A stretch of DNA of 64,000 nucleotides from Octopus bimaculoides (GCF_001194135.2 NC_068984.1:16420895-16484894), one strand, 5' to 3'. Shown: positions 13,111 through 26,439, counted from the stretch's first letter. A program made the numbers and translations. Notes: generated from the sequence alone by a model not told the origin.

Positions 13111-16100
13111 AATGTACGTATGTTCTGTTTTTAATTATTTGAAGTCTTCTTGTAAAGAAGGAGATGGTTTCTAAGAAAGGTACAAAGCTCTATAACTGGA
13201 GTGTAGATAACAAAGATAATGTCACATTTTGGACTTGAGAAAAGTCTTGCATAGTTTTACCGTTCCGCTTACAGATTGTATTTGTAATGTGCGAATTAAC
13301 TGGTTGCTATCTTTTTCTGAAAACCCTTATCTAGATTGTCTCTTAAGGATTTACTCATACAGCCGAGCGCACTAGTCACACAGCGGAACAATTTTAAACA
13401 ATTTCTGTTGCGTTTGCTTTATCACTTGATTTAGACTAAAATTGGCATGCTGATTTCAAAACTACAGTCAGTTTTATTCTATCAGGTCGGGGTTTTTTTT
13501 TTTGTTTGTTCTTTCTACAGCTTACTCTCTGAATAAGCATAATTGTATTGTTTGTCCGTGAGTAATAGAGCTGGTCAGCTGCTTTTATTATTTTATTGAA
13601 AATTATTATTGGTATAAATGTGAATTTATAATCTGAATATAGAAGCTGGATATTTAAGCAGTTTTCCATAGTTATATTCTATCTCCTTGATTTTGGAAGA
13701 GGGTTTCGCATCGGCAGGACAGCAGACTTCTATGGCGGCACATACTTGTCTTATGCTTACATACATATCCAATCACTCGTGCAAACAGACATACAGGCGT
13801 AACAGTAAACCTTAAAATAAGATCAATAGACATTTACAACGATATGCGCGCAGAAGCAGGATGAAGTTAAGTGTGGTTCTTTTCGCCGTTAGACTCATGG
13901 ATGTCATTCCTTGTGGATTTCATATGAGTGACGCAGGGAGGAGATATTTCAACATAATTTGCTATAAGATTGTTTGAAAATTCATTAAGAATACACTTCT
14001 GGTTCCAAACAATCGAGAAATAAGGTACTGGAATATCAGTTTGCATTCAAGCCTCTTAAATTATGTTTCTGTTGTTGTTGATGTTCTTTAGTCTTCAGTC
14101 AGCACTAACAGATTAGAGGCACACCACGATTATCGTAGATGATATTATCCAGTTAGCCATTATTTAAAAAGAAATATGGTAGAGTGTAATATTAGAGAGG
14201 CTTGTTATGTGTGTGTATGTGTATGTATGTGTGTGTATGTGTATGTATGTGTGTGTATTTAGCAACGTAATTAGATGTTGCCTTGCACTCGTGTAAAACA
14301 TTAAAGTGCTCACTACACACAGGAAGAAAACTCATAGAATTAAGTATAGTATAACATTTAGTACCCGTAGCTCCTTTCATACTATGGTTTCATGTTAATA
14401 TTTAGGAATTTAGGCACAACGATCTTCAGAAACTTTTTCGTAGTTGTTGAAAATAAAAGAACAACACGCAGGTGTGTCAACTGATGTGTGACACCACCAG
14501 TGCTTTCGTTGTTTCCCTAAAAAATCATAACAAAAATTTAATACCGTGTCTTCAAATCGAAATAAGCCCTGTCTTTCTGTTTATTATTGGTGTAGGGCAA
14601 TCTATATGATATGTTTCTCAGTCAAACATGAATGGCAATGTTTTGCAATAGTGTATTATAATAATTATAATATTATAATATAATAATATAATAATAATAA
14701 TAATAATTGTAATAATAATAATAATTGTAATATTAGAATAGACAATACAATGTACGTAGATTCCTCCCTATTTTACTTTTGTGAAATATGCTTCCTTAGC
14801 ATTATAGTTTTTGCTGTTGTTTTATTTTATATAGTGTTTTAACGAGTTCATGTGTAAGCATATTCAACTTGAAATGAATTTGTTGTTAAGCTGATATAAG
14901 ATACAACTCTACCGTATTTTATTTTCAATTGTAGTTGCCTGCTTAATGAAACAGATATTCGCGTGCACTTACTCAGATATCTTGTTTTGGAAATTACAGT
15001 TTTCTTATCTTTAGTTTGTATTATTTTGAAAGGCTTTTCATAGCGGTGAATTTGTAGAGTTCTTAGAGCATTGGAAAACAATTCTTTGCAGTATTTCTTC
15101 CGGTTCTTTACATTCTGAGTTCAAATCCTACAGAAGATCTTTTGAGATTGATAAAATAAAGTACTGGAATTGATACTACCGAATAAACTTGCTGGTCTTG
15201 TGCCTAATTCAGAAACTATTATTTTGAAGGATTCTCTACACAGAAATGACATTTTTCATAGAAGGAGTTGTGGGATTACTGGATTTTATATTGCAACCGT
15301 TGAACGTCTGTCTTACCTTGCTCATTTTACCCAATATTCGTTGTTCGATAGTTTATTATTTACTGAGAAACTGCATACACTAATAATAGGCAGAAAGACA
15401 GCTTTAACATCCTTGCTGGCTCTTTCCATAACAAGAAAACTCCAGTGAAGTTATGCATCATATGACACGTTGCATGTCTTTTGTCTCAATAACTACGACA
15501 AAATTCCACGGAATGTCACCACAAGCAAATTCCTGACCATTAGAGTAAAACTTTGGTATGCAAGCAACTATAAACAATAAATCCCCCTCTCCCTCCCTCC
15601 CTCTCTCTCTCTCTCTCTCTCTATTTCCGTCTTTGTATCTATTTATCTGTGAGAGGGGATGGCCATCTTCCTTGTATTAACAGCCATTACTACAGAGTGT
15701 GTGTATACGCGCGCGCACACACACGCACACACACGTACACACACGCACGCACACATACGCACACACCCAAACACATGCTAATTTTGTATGTGTCTGTTCA
15801 AGATTCTTGATATGAAATCGTATGTTGCGAGCTTCATTACGTCAATATGAAACATGCGATAGTTGCATTTCGCTTATCCTCATCCGCATCATCATTGTTT
15901 TCATTGTCGTCATCAACTTAATTTTTGACTATTTAATGTTTTCATCAGTCATTTGGTTATCACTTTATTCGACAAAGTCCTTTCGTCACAGCCTTTAACC
16001 TTGTAGATGACGTTCAATCATCATCTCTTCTCCTGCTTATGTCCACTTCCAATAAGTTTTAATGTATGAATACTTTAATACTTAATGCTTTATACATTAT

Positions 16101-16209
16101 TTCGTAAGACTTATGTATCAAGGTAATGTATCTCGACTCTTAATCAAAATATAAAAATCGAAGTAATAACTATTACGATTCTACAAATAATCGCCATCAA
16201 GTAACATCA

Positions 16210-16592
16210 AGTACAGACATGCCACACCCTTTACATAAATTAATAGAACGAAACCTCTTCTTCAAAACAATATATTACATAAGCGAAGATAAATTAACGT
16301 TTGAAATATGCACGAAAGCAGAACATTAAATGGGTTATATTTACATTTGCGTGTAAATATGTCGCACCTATGTCAGTGGGTGTGCGTGCCAGATCTAGTA
16401 AGTGTGTGTATGTTAGTGTATATTCGAGTATGCACTTGCATTTCAAATCCCTTATTCCTACTATTCTCTTGAACACTCTCCGTTTGTTCACATTGACAAT
16501 GCAATAATAACATTCGTTTTTAATCTTATTTTGACGTGTAAAATGGCTGCTGCTTTAAGGTTCATGTTGATTCAACAACTGCTACATAAATG
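16210..16592 (+). repeat. 383-bp direct repeat, copy 1 (copy 2 at 18249-18631)
   Basis: The two copies differ at only two positions I could find (CATGCC/CATACC, TCAGTG/TCAATG). Confidence 0.95.
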
Positions 16593-16594
16593 CA

Positions 16595-17605
16595 TGATTG
16601 CATAGAATTTTTGAATGATGTAACCAATGAATTCTTTTAAGATGTTTTCAGCTACTGCTGCTTGGTTGTTCCTTCTTCAGCAGGAAGTTATCGAGATCTT
16701 TGAAAAGTGCTAGTCGGGCGAAAGAAATCCGTGAAATAAGCTGGGTGAAGTAGAGATTCGTAGACCCGTTGGTTCGATTTCTGCAGTGATATGTGATCGT
16801 GTGTTGTCAAGGAAAGAAATCGTTTTTTTTGTTTTTTTTTGCATTGAGCAATACTAGATGCAAACATTGCAGTCCTTAGTTCATTTTGACGCCCTTCCAG
16901 CAAACTTTTCCTACTATGATTATTTTACTTGGGAATAGTACTGCAAAGTTCCATTTGCTGGCCGCCAAACAATAACCAGAACATTTCTATGATGTAGTTT
17001 CGGTTTTGGAAAGTGTTTTGAGGCTTCATGTCGGTTCAATCACTGCGTAGAAACCGGTTGTGCAGGGTCTACTTTTCGTCAATTGTCTCAGTGCGGTTCA
17101 AGGAATATTAATAGTTTGGTTCAATTATAAAAAGAAAGCGAGAGCAGAATTCATAACCGCATTATTATTTATTATTATATAATTTTTATTTTTTTTGTAC
17201 GCTCAGTTAGTACTGTACCGATTCGACATGCGTTTTTGACTTTCCAGTGCAGCGTATCAACCGTTGAATATCAATGTTAAGTTTTCCTAAAAGTTCGCTT
17301 TTTTTTTTTTTTTTTTTTGTGAGTTCACTTTGAGAAAGGTCCACAGTTAGTCATTGGCACTCGCTGGAAGTCGTCAGGTCGTCTGCAATTTTTTCATCTT
17401 TAAAACCTCCGTCTTAAAGATTTCGGAACCAATGTTGACAATCTCTTGGTCAATTCCTTAGTCACAAAACTGATCCCCATTTTGAAATGATGCAATAAAG
17501 TCGCTCGAATTTATTTTTTTCACCGTCAATTTGACAGCCTGAAATAAAGCTGAATAAACAGGGAAAACAAAACCCTTTTAGTAGGTTTTTGGCCCATCAA
17601 TGTAA
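16595..17605 (-). pseudogene. Decayed mariner transposase with degenerate 5' TIR
   Basis: Cross-frame translation gives IRATLLHHFKMG, QHWFRN, YESLLHPAY..D..PTD.HFFKDLDNFL and EFI....FYA, matching the mariner HTH and the YSPDLAP-D34D region; many stops and frameshifts. Confidence 0.75.
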
Positions 17606-17609
17606 TGTA

Positions 17610-18075
17610 AGATCCGGTCATCGGTATGGTGAGTTCACTATCTTTGTAGCTTGTTATAAATCGGTGGAGCGTTCACCGTCTGTGACGACGTAGGCGGTGG
17701 TAGCTTGTTGATCACTGTGTCTGTATGTTCGTTCAACAGTTGTGCGATGATAGACAACTCAACCCTTTTCTATAGTAAAGTTTATTGTAGCAGTGAGTTA
17801 CGCATAAATAACCTTGATTAATAGGCAGTAGTCACAATTAATAGAGTTGTTTGTGGTGTGTTAGCAGTAAATGAATGCGTGACATTAGATGTTTGTCTAT
17901 ACAGAAAGAGACTTGATAGAAGTGTTTCTAGTAAGCATGAGATGACGGCATTGAATTTGGTCGATTCTGTTGGCATGCGTGAAAGAAGGGTTGTTCTTGT
18001 GTGTGAGACGCCGGCGCAAACGCAATAGAACCAAGCTATCAGCCGAGAGTTCTTCGGAGAAACGAAGTGAAAATA
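17610..18075 (-). pseudogene. Ty3/Gypsy gag N-terminal remnant (DUF7041-like)
   Basis: Reads FSPKN..AWF...ESTKFNAVISCL and NAPPIYNKLQR, resembling the WF..VE/TKF..VV..L/PY..LK motifs; lies just downstream of a TG..CA LTR. Confidence 0.45.
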
Positions 18076-18105
18076 ACTAAACTAAACATGGTGGCGGCCA
18101 CATTA

Positions 18106-18625
18106 TGTAAGTGACAATCGGACGTAGCAGAGAGCGCTTGTTAGAGGGAGCCTGTTTATTCGGTCAATCACAAACCGAACAGAGCTGTAAACTTATAGTG
18201 TCGTTTGAGTTTACCCTGTAATCAAAAATGCATGTTTTAAACACTGCTAGTACAGACATACCACACCCTTTACATAAATTAATAGAACGAAACCTCTTCT
18301 TCAAAACAATATATTACATAAGCGAAGATAAATTAACGTTTGAAATATGCACGAAAGCAGAACATTAAATGGGTTATATTTACATTTGCGTGTAAATATG
18401 TCGCACCTATGTCAATGGGTGTGCGTGCCAGATCTAGTAAGTGTGTGTATGTTAGTGTATATTCGAGTATGCACTTGCATTTCAAATCCCTTATTCCTAC
18501 TATTCTCTTGAACACTCTCCGTTTGTTCACATTGACAATGCAATAATAACATTCGTTTTTAATCTTATTTTGACGTGTAAAATGGCTGCTGCTTTAAGGT
18601 TCATGTTGATTCAACAACTGCTACA
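18106..18625 (-). mobile_element. Putative ~520-bp LTR
   Basis: Minus strand starts TGTAGCAG and ends CACTTACA; contains CTATAAG and AATAAA; followed by a degenerate PBS-like string and the gag relic. Confidence 0.5.
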
Positions 18626-18631
18626 TAAATG
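18249..18631 (+). repeat. 383-bp direct repeat, copy 2
   Basis: About 99.5% identical to 16210-16592. Confidence 0.95.
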
Positions 18632-19344
18632 GCGTTGCCAAAGTCTTACAATAGGAAGAAAATAAATCCCAGTTAATGCAGAAGAGATTCTTTTAATCCT
18701 AGATCGATATCATTAGCTAATTTACACTTCAGTATCAATAGAACTATTTCGTCACATCATTAATTCGAAAGAATATCAGTTGACCCATTGTTGGGTGTAA
18801 TTGGTTTCACACATACTTATATCTCAACATATACACATGTACATGCATATATGCACATATTCAAATACATACATATATACACATACACAAATATATGTAT
18901 ATATATATTTTTATGTATGTATGTATATAAGTGCATAGACATACCTTTAACACACACACATATCCATCTATCTATCTATCTATCTATCTATCTACCTTTG
19001 TACCTATATTGGGATGTGTTCGTTTGATGAACTTTGTTTATTTGTGATTTGTTGACTGTAAGCCTTTTGCATCTTGTGTTCTCATGGTTTGTCCTTCATT
19101 GAGGTCCTAGTTGTAGGGTTAAATTTGCCGAGGAATTCTTGTTTTGGTTTTTTTGTTTGCGGTGGTTTTCTTGTACACATTATACCATACATTGATACTG
19201 TGCGATTGTCCTTCGTTGGAATTCTAATGCCTGTAAGATTTGTTTCTTTAGGGATTCCCAGTTTATGGTGGCTTTGTTGCACAGACACACAAATACACAC
19301 AGACACACGTACACATACACATACACACACATTATTATCCGTGT

Positions 19345-19402
19345 TTGTCTGTCTTTGTTTGTCCCCTCTGTGTGTAGCCCCTTGTGGGTAGTAAAGAAAT
19401 AA
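19345..19402 (+). repeat. Isolated type-1 SINE/LINE 3' tail
   Basis: GTTTGTCTGTCTTTGTTTGTCCCCTCTGTGTGTAGCCCCTTGTGGGTAGTAAAGAAATAA with no head upstream (5'-truncated retrocopy). Confidence 0.8.
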
Positions 19403-19482
19403 CACACATACATATGTATTCATGTATGTATAAATATGTATGTACGTAATTATATATATATATGTGTGTGTGTGTGTGCGGT

Positions 19483-19693
19483 TTCAAATTCTGGCACGAG
19501 GCCAGCAATTTCGGGGGAAGTGGCACATCAGGTACATTGACCCAGTGCTCAATTAATACTTATTTTACTGATCCTGAAAGAATGAAAGGCAAAGTTAACC
19601 CTTGTAGCATTTGAATTCAGAACATGAAGTCAGAAGAAAAACCGCTAAGCATTTTGTCCGGCACAATAACAATTCTGCCAACTCGCCGCCTTC
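19483..19693 (-). mobile_element. SINE family A, decayed, type-2 tail
   Basis: Reverse complement AAGGCGGCGAGTTGGCAGAAT head and CTTTGCCTTTCATTCTTTC core. Confidence 0.75.
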
Positions 19694-19814
19694 GTAGCTG
19701 GTAGTAATATCATTATTAAAAGAACATCTCAAAATTTGAATACTTTTTTAGTGTATTTATCCAATACGAAATATTTTAAGGTCCACCAAATCGTTCAAGA
19801 AATCTTTTAATACA

Positions 19815-19885
19815 AATAGAACGTTTCAGCACACGAAATCCGTGAGTGACTCTAAGCTATTGACTAGGTGCTTCATCAGCTGGGA
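19815..19885 (-). ncRNA. Minimal hammerhead-ribozyme-like motif (PLE 3' end relic)
   Basis: Minus strand: CTGATGA-AGCAC...GTGCT-GAAAC-GTT; stem II has 5 perfect bp; stem I is only 2 bp (eroded). Confidence 0.5.
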
Positions 19886-21080
19886 GTTGATAAGTTAAGA
19901 TAATTTTTAAGAATATTGGTGCGTTCAGTTAGAGCACTCTCTTCAAACCTAATCCCAAACTTATCTGAGATTTCTCCTTATAAGGTTAAGTCCCTAATTG
20001 TTATGGTATCTTGTCGAGTAATGCGAAAAAGATGTGGTTATATCGGGTGGGTGGAGGTCTTTCCAGTATTTCGGTTTCTTGGACTAAAGAGTCGTACTTT
20101 TTACGGTTGTACCTCCTCAACAAAAATGTCCTAATGAACAAAGCCAAGTTGGGGCTCATCTCTGTACTCCGTTTCGTTTTTCTTTTTCTTTGAAAAAGAC
20201 CAGGATACCTTCGTGAGGTGTTGAGTTCGTAAACAAGAATCTAAAGTGTCGTATCGAACACATTCATAAGCTGCTTTAATATAGATTTGCCTTAAATTGT
20301 CATCAAATGTCATGATTTTCCAGAGGAAACTGATCTGATACTCACATTGCGTATTTCCAGTAGAGTGGTAAAGGTCTGAGCAGTAAAAGCTGAAACAGCA
20401 CTTTTATGTAAGAATGATTTCAGTTCAGAAGACATGAAAGAAGCTGCTCAATCTTAATGTTCATATGCATGTAAACCGGAAATGGAAAATAACGTAGCCA
20501 AGCAAGAGAAGACAGTTAATCAAGAATGGATTAAAGTAAAGCACCCTTAAACTCAATGATTATGTGGTAAGGGGGACGCAGAGTTGTGATGAACTAATCC
20601 TTGTTGTACGGCAGTATCGTGACTTGAAATCTTAATGGATATTGCAGCTAGAAACAACACGTTTAATGCCATCCATCGAATGCAGAAGATTCTGCACTCG
20701 AACAAAATGAATTAAGCTTTTAAATGCCAATGTAGTGGAGAAGATTTGTGGAGTTCAAAGAGATTACTCTGCGAAGTAGAACCACAAAAATCACATGATA
20801 GTGCATCTATGATAGCATTAAGAGATCCAGGATTATGTCGGATTTTTTAACAGGACGGCATGAATTTTAATCGCCTGCGTAATAATTTCTCATTTTTAAT
20901 CTTGCTGCTGTGTTTTACATAGAATTTATACAGATTTTTATCAGTGAATAGTTTACTTAAAACAAAGAGTCACCATTTTTTCATAACCACAACAGGCAAA
21001 GATATTTCTGCTGCGCAATAATTTCATCTCAAACTTTAAAAATCAAGTAAAAATGCAACAGGCTAATCATCTTCAATAGG

Positions 21081-21446
21081 TTTGTGTGTGTTGGCACTCC
21101 GTCGCTTACGATCAACGGAACAGCCTGCTCGTGAAATTAACGTGCAAGTGGCTGAGTAATCCACAGACACGTGTACCCTCAACGTAGTTCTCGGGGATAT
21201 TCAGCGTGACACAGTGTGACAAGGTTGACCCTTTGAATTACAGGCACAACAGAAACAGGAAGTAAGAGTGAGAGAAAGTTGTGGTGAAAGAGTACAGCAG
21301 GGTTCGCCACCATTCCCTGCCGGAGCTTCGTGGAGCTTTAGGTGTTTCCGCTCAATAAACACTCACAACGCCCGGTCTGGGAATCGAAACCGTGATCCTA
21401 TGACCGCGAGTCCGCTGCTCTAACCACTGGGCCATTGCGCCTCCAC
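21081..21446 (-). mobile_element. SINE family C with 10-bp TSD
   Basis: TSD CTTCAATAGG at 21071-21080 and 21447-21456; small deletion in the tail. Confidence 0.9.
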
Positions 21447-22135
21447 CTTCAATAGGAGTATGGCAGTATAAAATATATGATTGTCTTTACGAATGACAAG
21501 TTCCGTAACAGCTCTTAAGTTACTGATTGTTGTTACAAACTCCCACCGAGAGCAGAAACTGAGCATTGATTAAAGATCTTATTCTTTCAGAGAAACAAGG
21601 AAACCATCAGGTATTATAAGTGAACATACCTGTAAATCGAGAACGAGAATGCTTATAAGCAAATATGAAATTTTCTCCGAGCGAAGTAAAATAATGGTGG
21701 GGACTTTTTCGCTATTGCTAATTTGATAACTTAGAATGCAAATAGATTTAGATGACAATTTACATTTATCGTTATCCAGTGACGCATTAAATTTTAGAGC
21801 AATTTTTAAGAATTTAGAAAAAAATGTTTTGTTCCTTTTCTGTTTTACCATACATGATGACGTGATGACGACATGTGAGTAGACGCATATTCCTTCTTGC
21901 TCTTTTTTACGAACAAGCTTGTCTATTTATTTGTTGGAACTACGCAACAATGTTTGTTGGCGCACGAAGTAAAGATGGTGTAATCGTCCGTCTGCCTCAA
22001 AAGCAGTAAATACTTTATTATCGAAAAGCTATGCAACACAATGGTAAATGCTACATAAGTCGATAGTATTATGTGCCTTGTCAGTAGATATATTCTCACA
22101 AATTGTAGAGGTTGGTGTATACATACATACATACA

Positions 22136-22169
<34 letters not shown>

Positions 22170-22245
22170 GGCGTAGGAATGGCTCTGTGGTAAGTAGCTT
22201 GCTTACCAACCACATGGTTCTGAGTTCAGTCCCACTGCGTGGCAC
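22170..22245 (+). mobile_element. SINE family B head only, fused to an LTR end
   Basis: GGCGTAGGAATGGCTCTGTGGTAAGTAGC...GTCCCACTGCGTGGCAC then an abrupt switch to LTR sequence. Confidence 0.8.
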
Positions 22246-23751
22246 GAACTCAAAAAGGAGAAATGGTGACGAATGGAAAAACAGAGGACTCCTTTTATTT
22301 AAACGCGTCGCACGGTCGAACACAAAATAATATATCAAATATGATATACGTGATATGTTATACGACGATAACATAGATGACCAGTAATGAAAGACCACAA
22401 CCGTATTAGATGAATAACAGAGATATTTATTGTAGCGTTAAAGATGTATGTCTGTGTGAGAGTGTGAATGCGACATATAATAACATAATCAAAGACAGGC
22501 CGTCATACAAAGAAAAGTATGTATATGAGTGATACATGTATGTGTATGTGTATTATTACAGCAGATAGAAAGNNNNNNNNNNNNNNNNNNNNNNNNNNNN
22601 NNNNNNNNNNNNNNNNNNNNNNNNNNNNNNNNNNNNNNNNNNNNNNNNNNNNNNNNNNNNNNNNNNNNNNNNNNNNNNNNNNNNNNNNNNNNNNNNNNNN
22701 NNNNNNNNNNNNNNNNNNNNNNNNNNNNNNNNNNNNNNNNNNNNNNNNNNNNNNNNNNNNNNNNNNNNNNNNNNNNNNNNNNNNNNNNNNNNNNNNNNNN
22801 NNNNNNNNNNNNNNNNNNNNNNNNNNNNNNNNNNNNNNNNNNNNNNNNNNNNNNNNNNNNNNNNNNNNNNNNNNNNNNNNNNNNNNNNNNNNNNNNNNNN
22901 NNNNNNNNNNNNNNNNNNNNNNNNNNNNNNNNNNNNNNNNNNNNNNNNNNNNNNNNNNNNNNNNNNNNNNNNNNNNNNNNNNNNNNNNNNNNNNNNNNNN
23001 NNNNNNNNNNNNNNNNNNNNNNNNNNNNNNNNNNNNNNNNNNNNNNNNNNNNNNGACAAATTTGTTGGGTATGAGTTGATCTATTTATAGCGTTAAGGGG
23101 GCTCACCAGATATCAGAAATATACTCTATCGCGTGACCTTATTAAGGGCTGTGATTGGTCAGTTTGCGTTCTGGCGGGAACGGTTCGAAGAAGTTGCCGA
23201 TTCGAATAATGATCAGTCACCTGATGACAAGGAATGGGTTCTCTACTACGCTCGCATTTATTTATATTTAAATGAGAAGATTGTATGTAATGGCGATAGT
23301 AGTTGTGTATCTAATGGCGATAGGTAGTTTTGTATCTAGTGACGATAGGTAGTTTCACTACACTAGCCTCGCACCAGTCGGTTTGTCGAAGGCAAAGAGA
23401 CGAAATAAGAAAAAAAAATTGGAGTGAAAAAGACTTAAAGAACGGTTGGTCTATTACTGGCATTTAGTTACCATTTTTAAGTGAAACTGTGTGAACAGGA
23501 TCACATAGGCTATACAGATCAGAAAGGCTGTATGAACGAATCAACGTCGGCGGTCACCAATTGTAAGGTACGACCGTGCGAACTCATAAAAGGAGAAATG
23601 TTGACGGATGGAAAAACAGAGGACTCCTTTTATTTAAACGCGTCACACGTTCGAACACACAATAATATATCAATGATGATATATTTGATATGTTATGCGA
23701 CGATAACATAGATGACCAGTAATGAAAGACCACAACTGTATTAGATGAATA
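22246..23751 (-). mobile_element. Non-autonomous LTR element: partial 5' LTR, PBS(Trp), 199-bp interior, 3' LTR
   Basis: Minus strand: LTR 3' part 23751-23562 ending CCTTACA; AT; TGGTGACCGCCGACGTTGATT (tRNA-Trp PBS consensus TGGTGACCCCGACGTGAT); interior; GGTGCGAGGCTAG; then TGTAGTGAAACTACC starting the LTR at 23362, which matches 46839-47929. Confidence 0.75.
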
Positions 23752-24480
23752 ACCATTACATACAATCTTCTAATAATGTATCCTTACCTCCAGGAATGAA
23801 AGAATATAGCTGAAAACATTGCAATAGAAACATCAACTTGTAAAACTTGTAAGCACGACAGACGTGGACCTTTGGAGACTGTGTGTATTCCACGCCATCC
23901 TGAATAATAAATAACTTGTGATAGATTCGAATAAAAACATCGATCAGAATCGAAGACAATTGAAAAGACTTGATATTGTTCAATTGATCAGACAACAAAA
24001 TTCATGCATTGTTGTAGAGATCAGCTGCTGCTGAGCAGATGTGAATGTTCCGTCTAAAGTTATGAACGGAACAATCTATAGTGAACTGATGCGAAACTTA
24101 CAGCTTTTGTACATTGACAATAAATTTTCACACGTTGTCTTTGGAGCGCTAAGCAATGTGAAAAATAATTCAGATATCTATGTATAAATGCTAGGGTTAG
24201 CTGGGAAGAAATTTATAATAAAAGCCTAACTGATACAATCCAAATTACATCTATCCAAGATATTGCGAATACCTATGACACATTTTCGATCTCTGATTAC
24301 ATTGAAGATATAATGGTTTCAAATTTTGGCACAAGGCCAAAAGTTATGAGGAAATGGTCAGTCAATGACATAGGTTCTAGTGAACACCAGGTATTTGTTT
24401 TATTGACCCTGGAAAGATAAAAAGCATAGTAGACTTCGGTGGAATTCGAACTCAGAATGTAAAGTCGGAAGAAACGCCAC

Positions 24481-24950
24481 TGATCAGGCGTCAAAAGTCA
24501 TGGCACCCACCGAATGGAAGGAGACCTTTGACATGCTAAGTTCGTTATGCAGAATGTTCTCAACTCGTTCACGGGCGATGCCTAAAGCATTAGCTATCTG
24601 ATTAACATTTAAACGTCTGTCATCCATCACCATGTGGTGAACACGGTCGATGTTTTCTTGAGTGGTGGCTATGGCAAGACGTCCGAACCTTGGGTCATTT
24701 TCGAGATTTCCCTACTCCTCTTGAATTCAGCTGCCCACTTTTGCACAGTTGATAAAACTGGAGCACCATCCCCTAATGTAGCAACCATATCAGCAAGAAT
24801 ATCCTTGAGGGGGGGTAACCCCTTTTTCTGCAGATATTTGATAACTCCAGGGTGCCAGATTTTATCCATTTTCACGAAATGTCTCTAGTACCACTTTTCC
24901 AAGTCCTCAATTCTGTATCCGATGTGGATTTATCTGGAAAGAAAGAAATG
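24481..24950 (-). pseudogene. mariner transposase 5' fragment
   Basis: MDKIWHPGVIKYLQKKGL..DMVATLGDGAPVLSTVQKWAAEFKR, then ENIDRVHHMVMDDRRL and RWVP*LLTPDQ (WVPxxL mariner motif); 5' end runs into an N gap. Confidence 0.85.
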
Positions 24951-25543
24951 NNNNNNNNNNNNNNNNNNNNNNNNNNNNNNNNNNNNNNNNNNNNNNNNNN
25001 NNNNNNNNNNNNNNNNNNNNNNNNNNNNNNNNNNNNNNNNNNNNNNNNNNNNNNNNNNNNNNNNNNNNNNNNNNNNNNNNNNNNNNNNNNNNNNNNNNNN
25101 NNNNNNNNNNNNNNNNNNNNNNNNNNNNNNNNNNNNNNNNNNNNNNNNNNNNNNNNNNNNNNNNNNNNNNNNNNNNNNNNNNNNNNNNNNNNNNNNNNNN
25201 NNNNNNNNNNNNNNNNNNNNNNNNNNNNNNNNNNNNNNNNNNNNNNNNNNNNNNNNNNNNNNNNNNNNNNNNNNNNNNNNNNNNNNNNNNNNNNNNNNNN
25301 NNNNNNNNNNNNNNNNNNNNNNNNNNNNNNNNNNNNNNNNNNNNNNNNNNNNNNNNNNNNNNNNNNNNNNNNNNNNNNNNNNNNNNNNNNNNNNNNNNNN
25401 NNNNNNNNNNNNNNNNNNNNNNNNNNNNNNNNNNNNNNNNNNNNNNNNNNNNNNNNNNNNNNNNNNNNNNNNNNNNNNNNNNNNNNNNNNNNNNNNNNNN
25501 NNNNNNNNNNNNNNNNNNNNNNNNNNNNNNNNNNNNNNNNNNN

Positions 25544-25675
25544 GTCTACCAAATCCACTGACAAGGCTCTGGTCGGCCCGAGGCTATAGTAGATACTTGC
25601 CCAAGGTGTCACGCAGTGGGACTGAACCCAGAACCATGTGGTTGGTAAGCAAGCTACTTACCACACAGCCACTCC
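25544..25675 (-). mobile_element. SINE family B 5' half
   Basis: Reverse complement of the B head; the rest is in the adjacent gap. Confidence 0.8.
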
Positions 25676-25693
25676 TATACATACATACATACA

Positions 25694-25727
<34 letters not shown>

Positions 25728-26213
25728 CATACATACATACATACATACATACATACATACAAGCTGGCTGTCAACTTGTAGACGAGCGCAACCATAACTG
25801 ACAAATTATCTTATCTTAATAGTTAGAGACAATGGCCGTCAGCAATGCCCATGCTGAAATTTAAAGTCGATAACAGCTGGCACAACACTGCTAAGACTCT
25901 CTCATACAAAACCAAGTAGTCCAGCAACAAACACAAGCGAGATCTCTGGCTTGTGTCTAAACAAAGACAAGGGTTCTCTCACGCACAGCTTTTTAGATTG
26001 CAATTGACTCAACTGAGTTAACGTGTCCTTTAACAGGTTTTGTTTTTCATTCTGCAAAGTGTCCAATGAAATCACCCTCCCAGATTTGAGTTTGGACGCG
26101 CAGTAAAATCAAATCGAGAAGACTTCCAGTGCAAGCCTCTACTGACACATGTCAGTATTTTTTAACTGAAAAAAAGTATAGGAGAAAGGCATTTGTAATA
26201 GCATAATAAGCAA

Positions 26214-26400
26214 GGCGTAGGAGTGGCTGTGTGGTAAGTAGCTTGCTTACTGACCGCATGTTTCCAGGTTCATTCCCACTGCGTGGAACCTTGGGCAAGT
26301 GTCTTCTACTATAGCCTCGGGCCGACCAAAGCTTTGTGAGTAGACTTGGTAGACGGAAACTGAAGGAAGCCCGTCGTATATATATATATANNNNNNNNNN

Positions 26401-26439
<39 letters not shown>

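Noticed and set aside
18087-18098. Perfect Kozak string GCCGCCACCATG on the minus strand
   Set aside because: Opens only 16 codons and sits where a decayed PBS is expected after an LTR end; probably chance.
19030-19290. Possible PLE endonuclease C-terminus (TINWESLKKQIL..RR) on the minus strand
   Set aside because: Similarity too short and too weak to support.
20350-20850. Cys-containing reading frame fragments (possible zinc finger or TE ORF)
   Set aside because: Many stops and no motif I can name with confidence.
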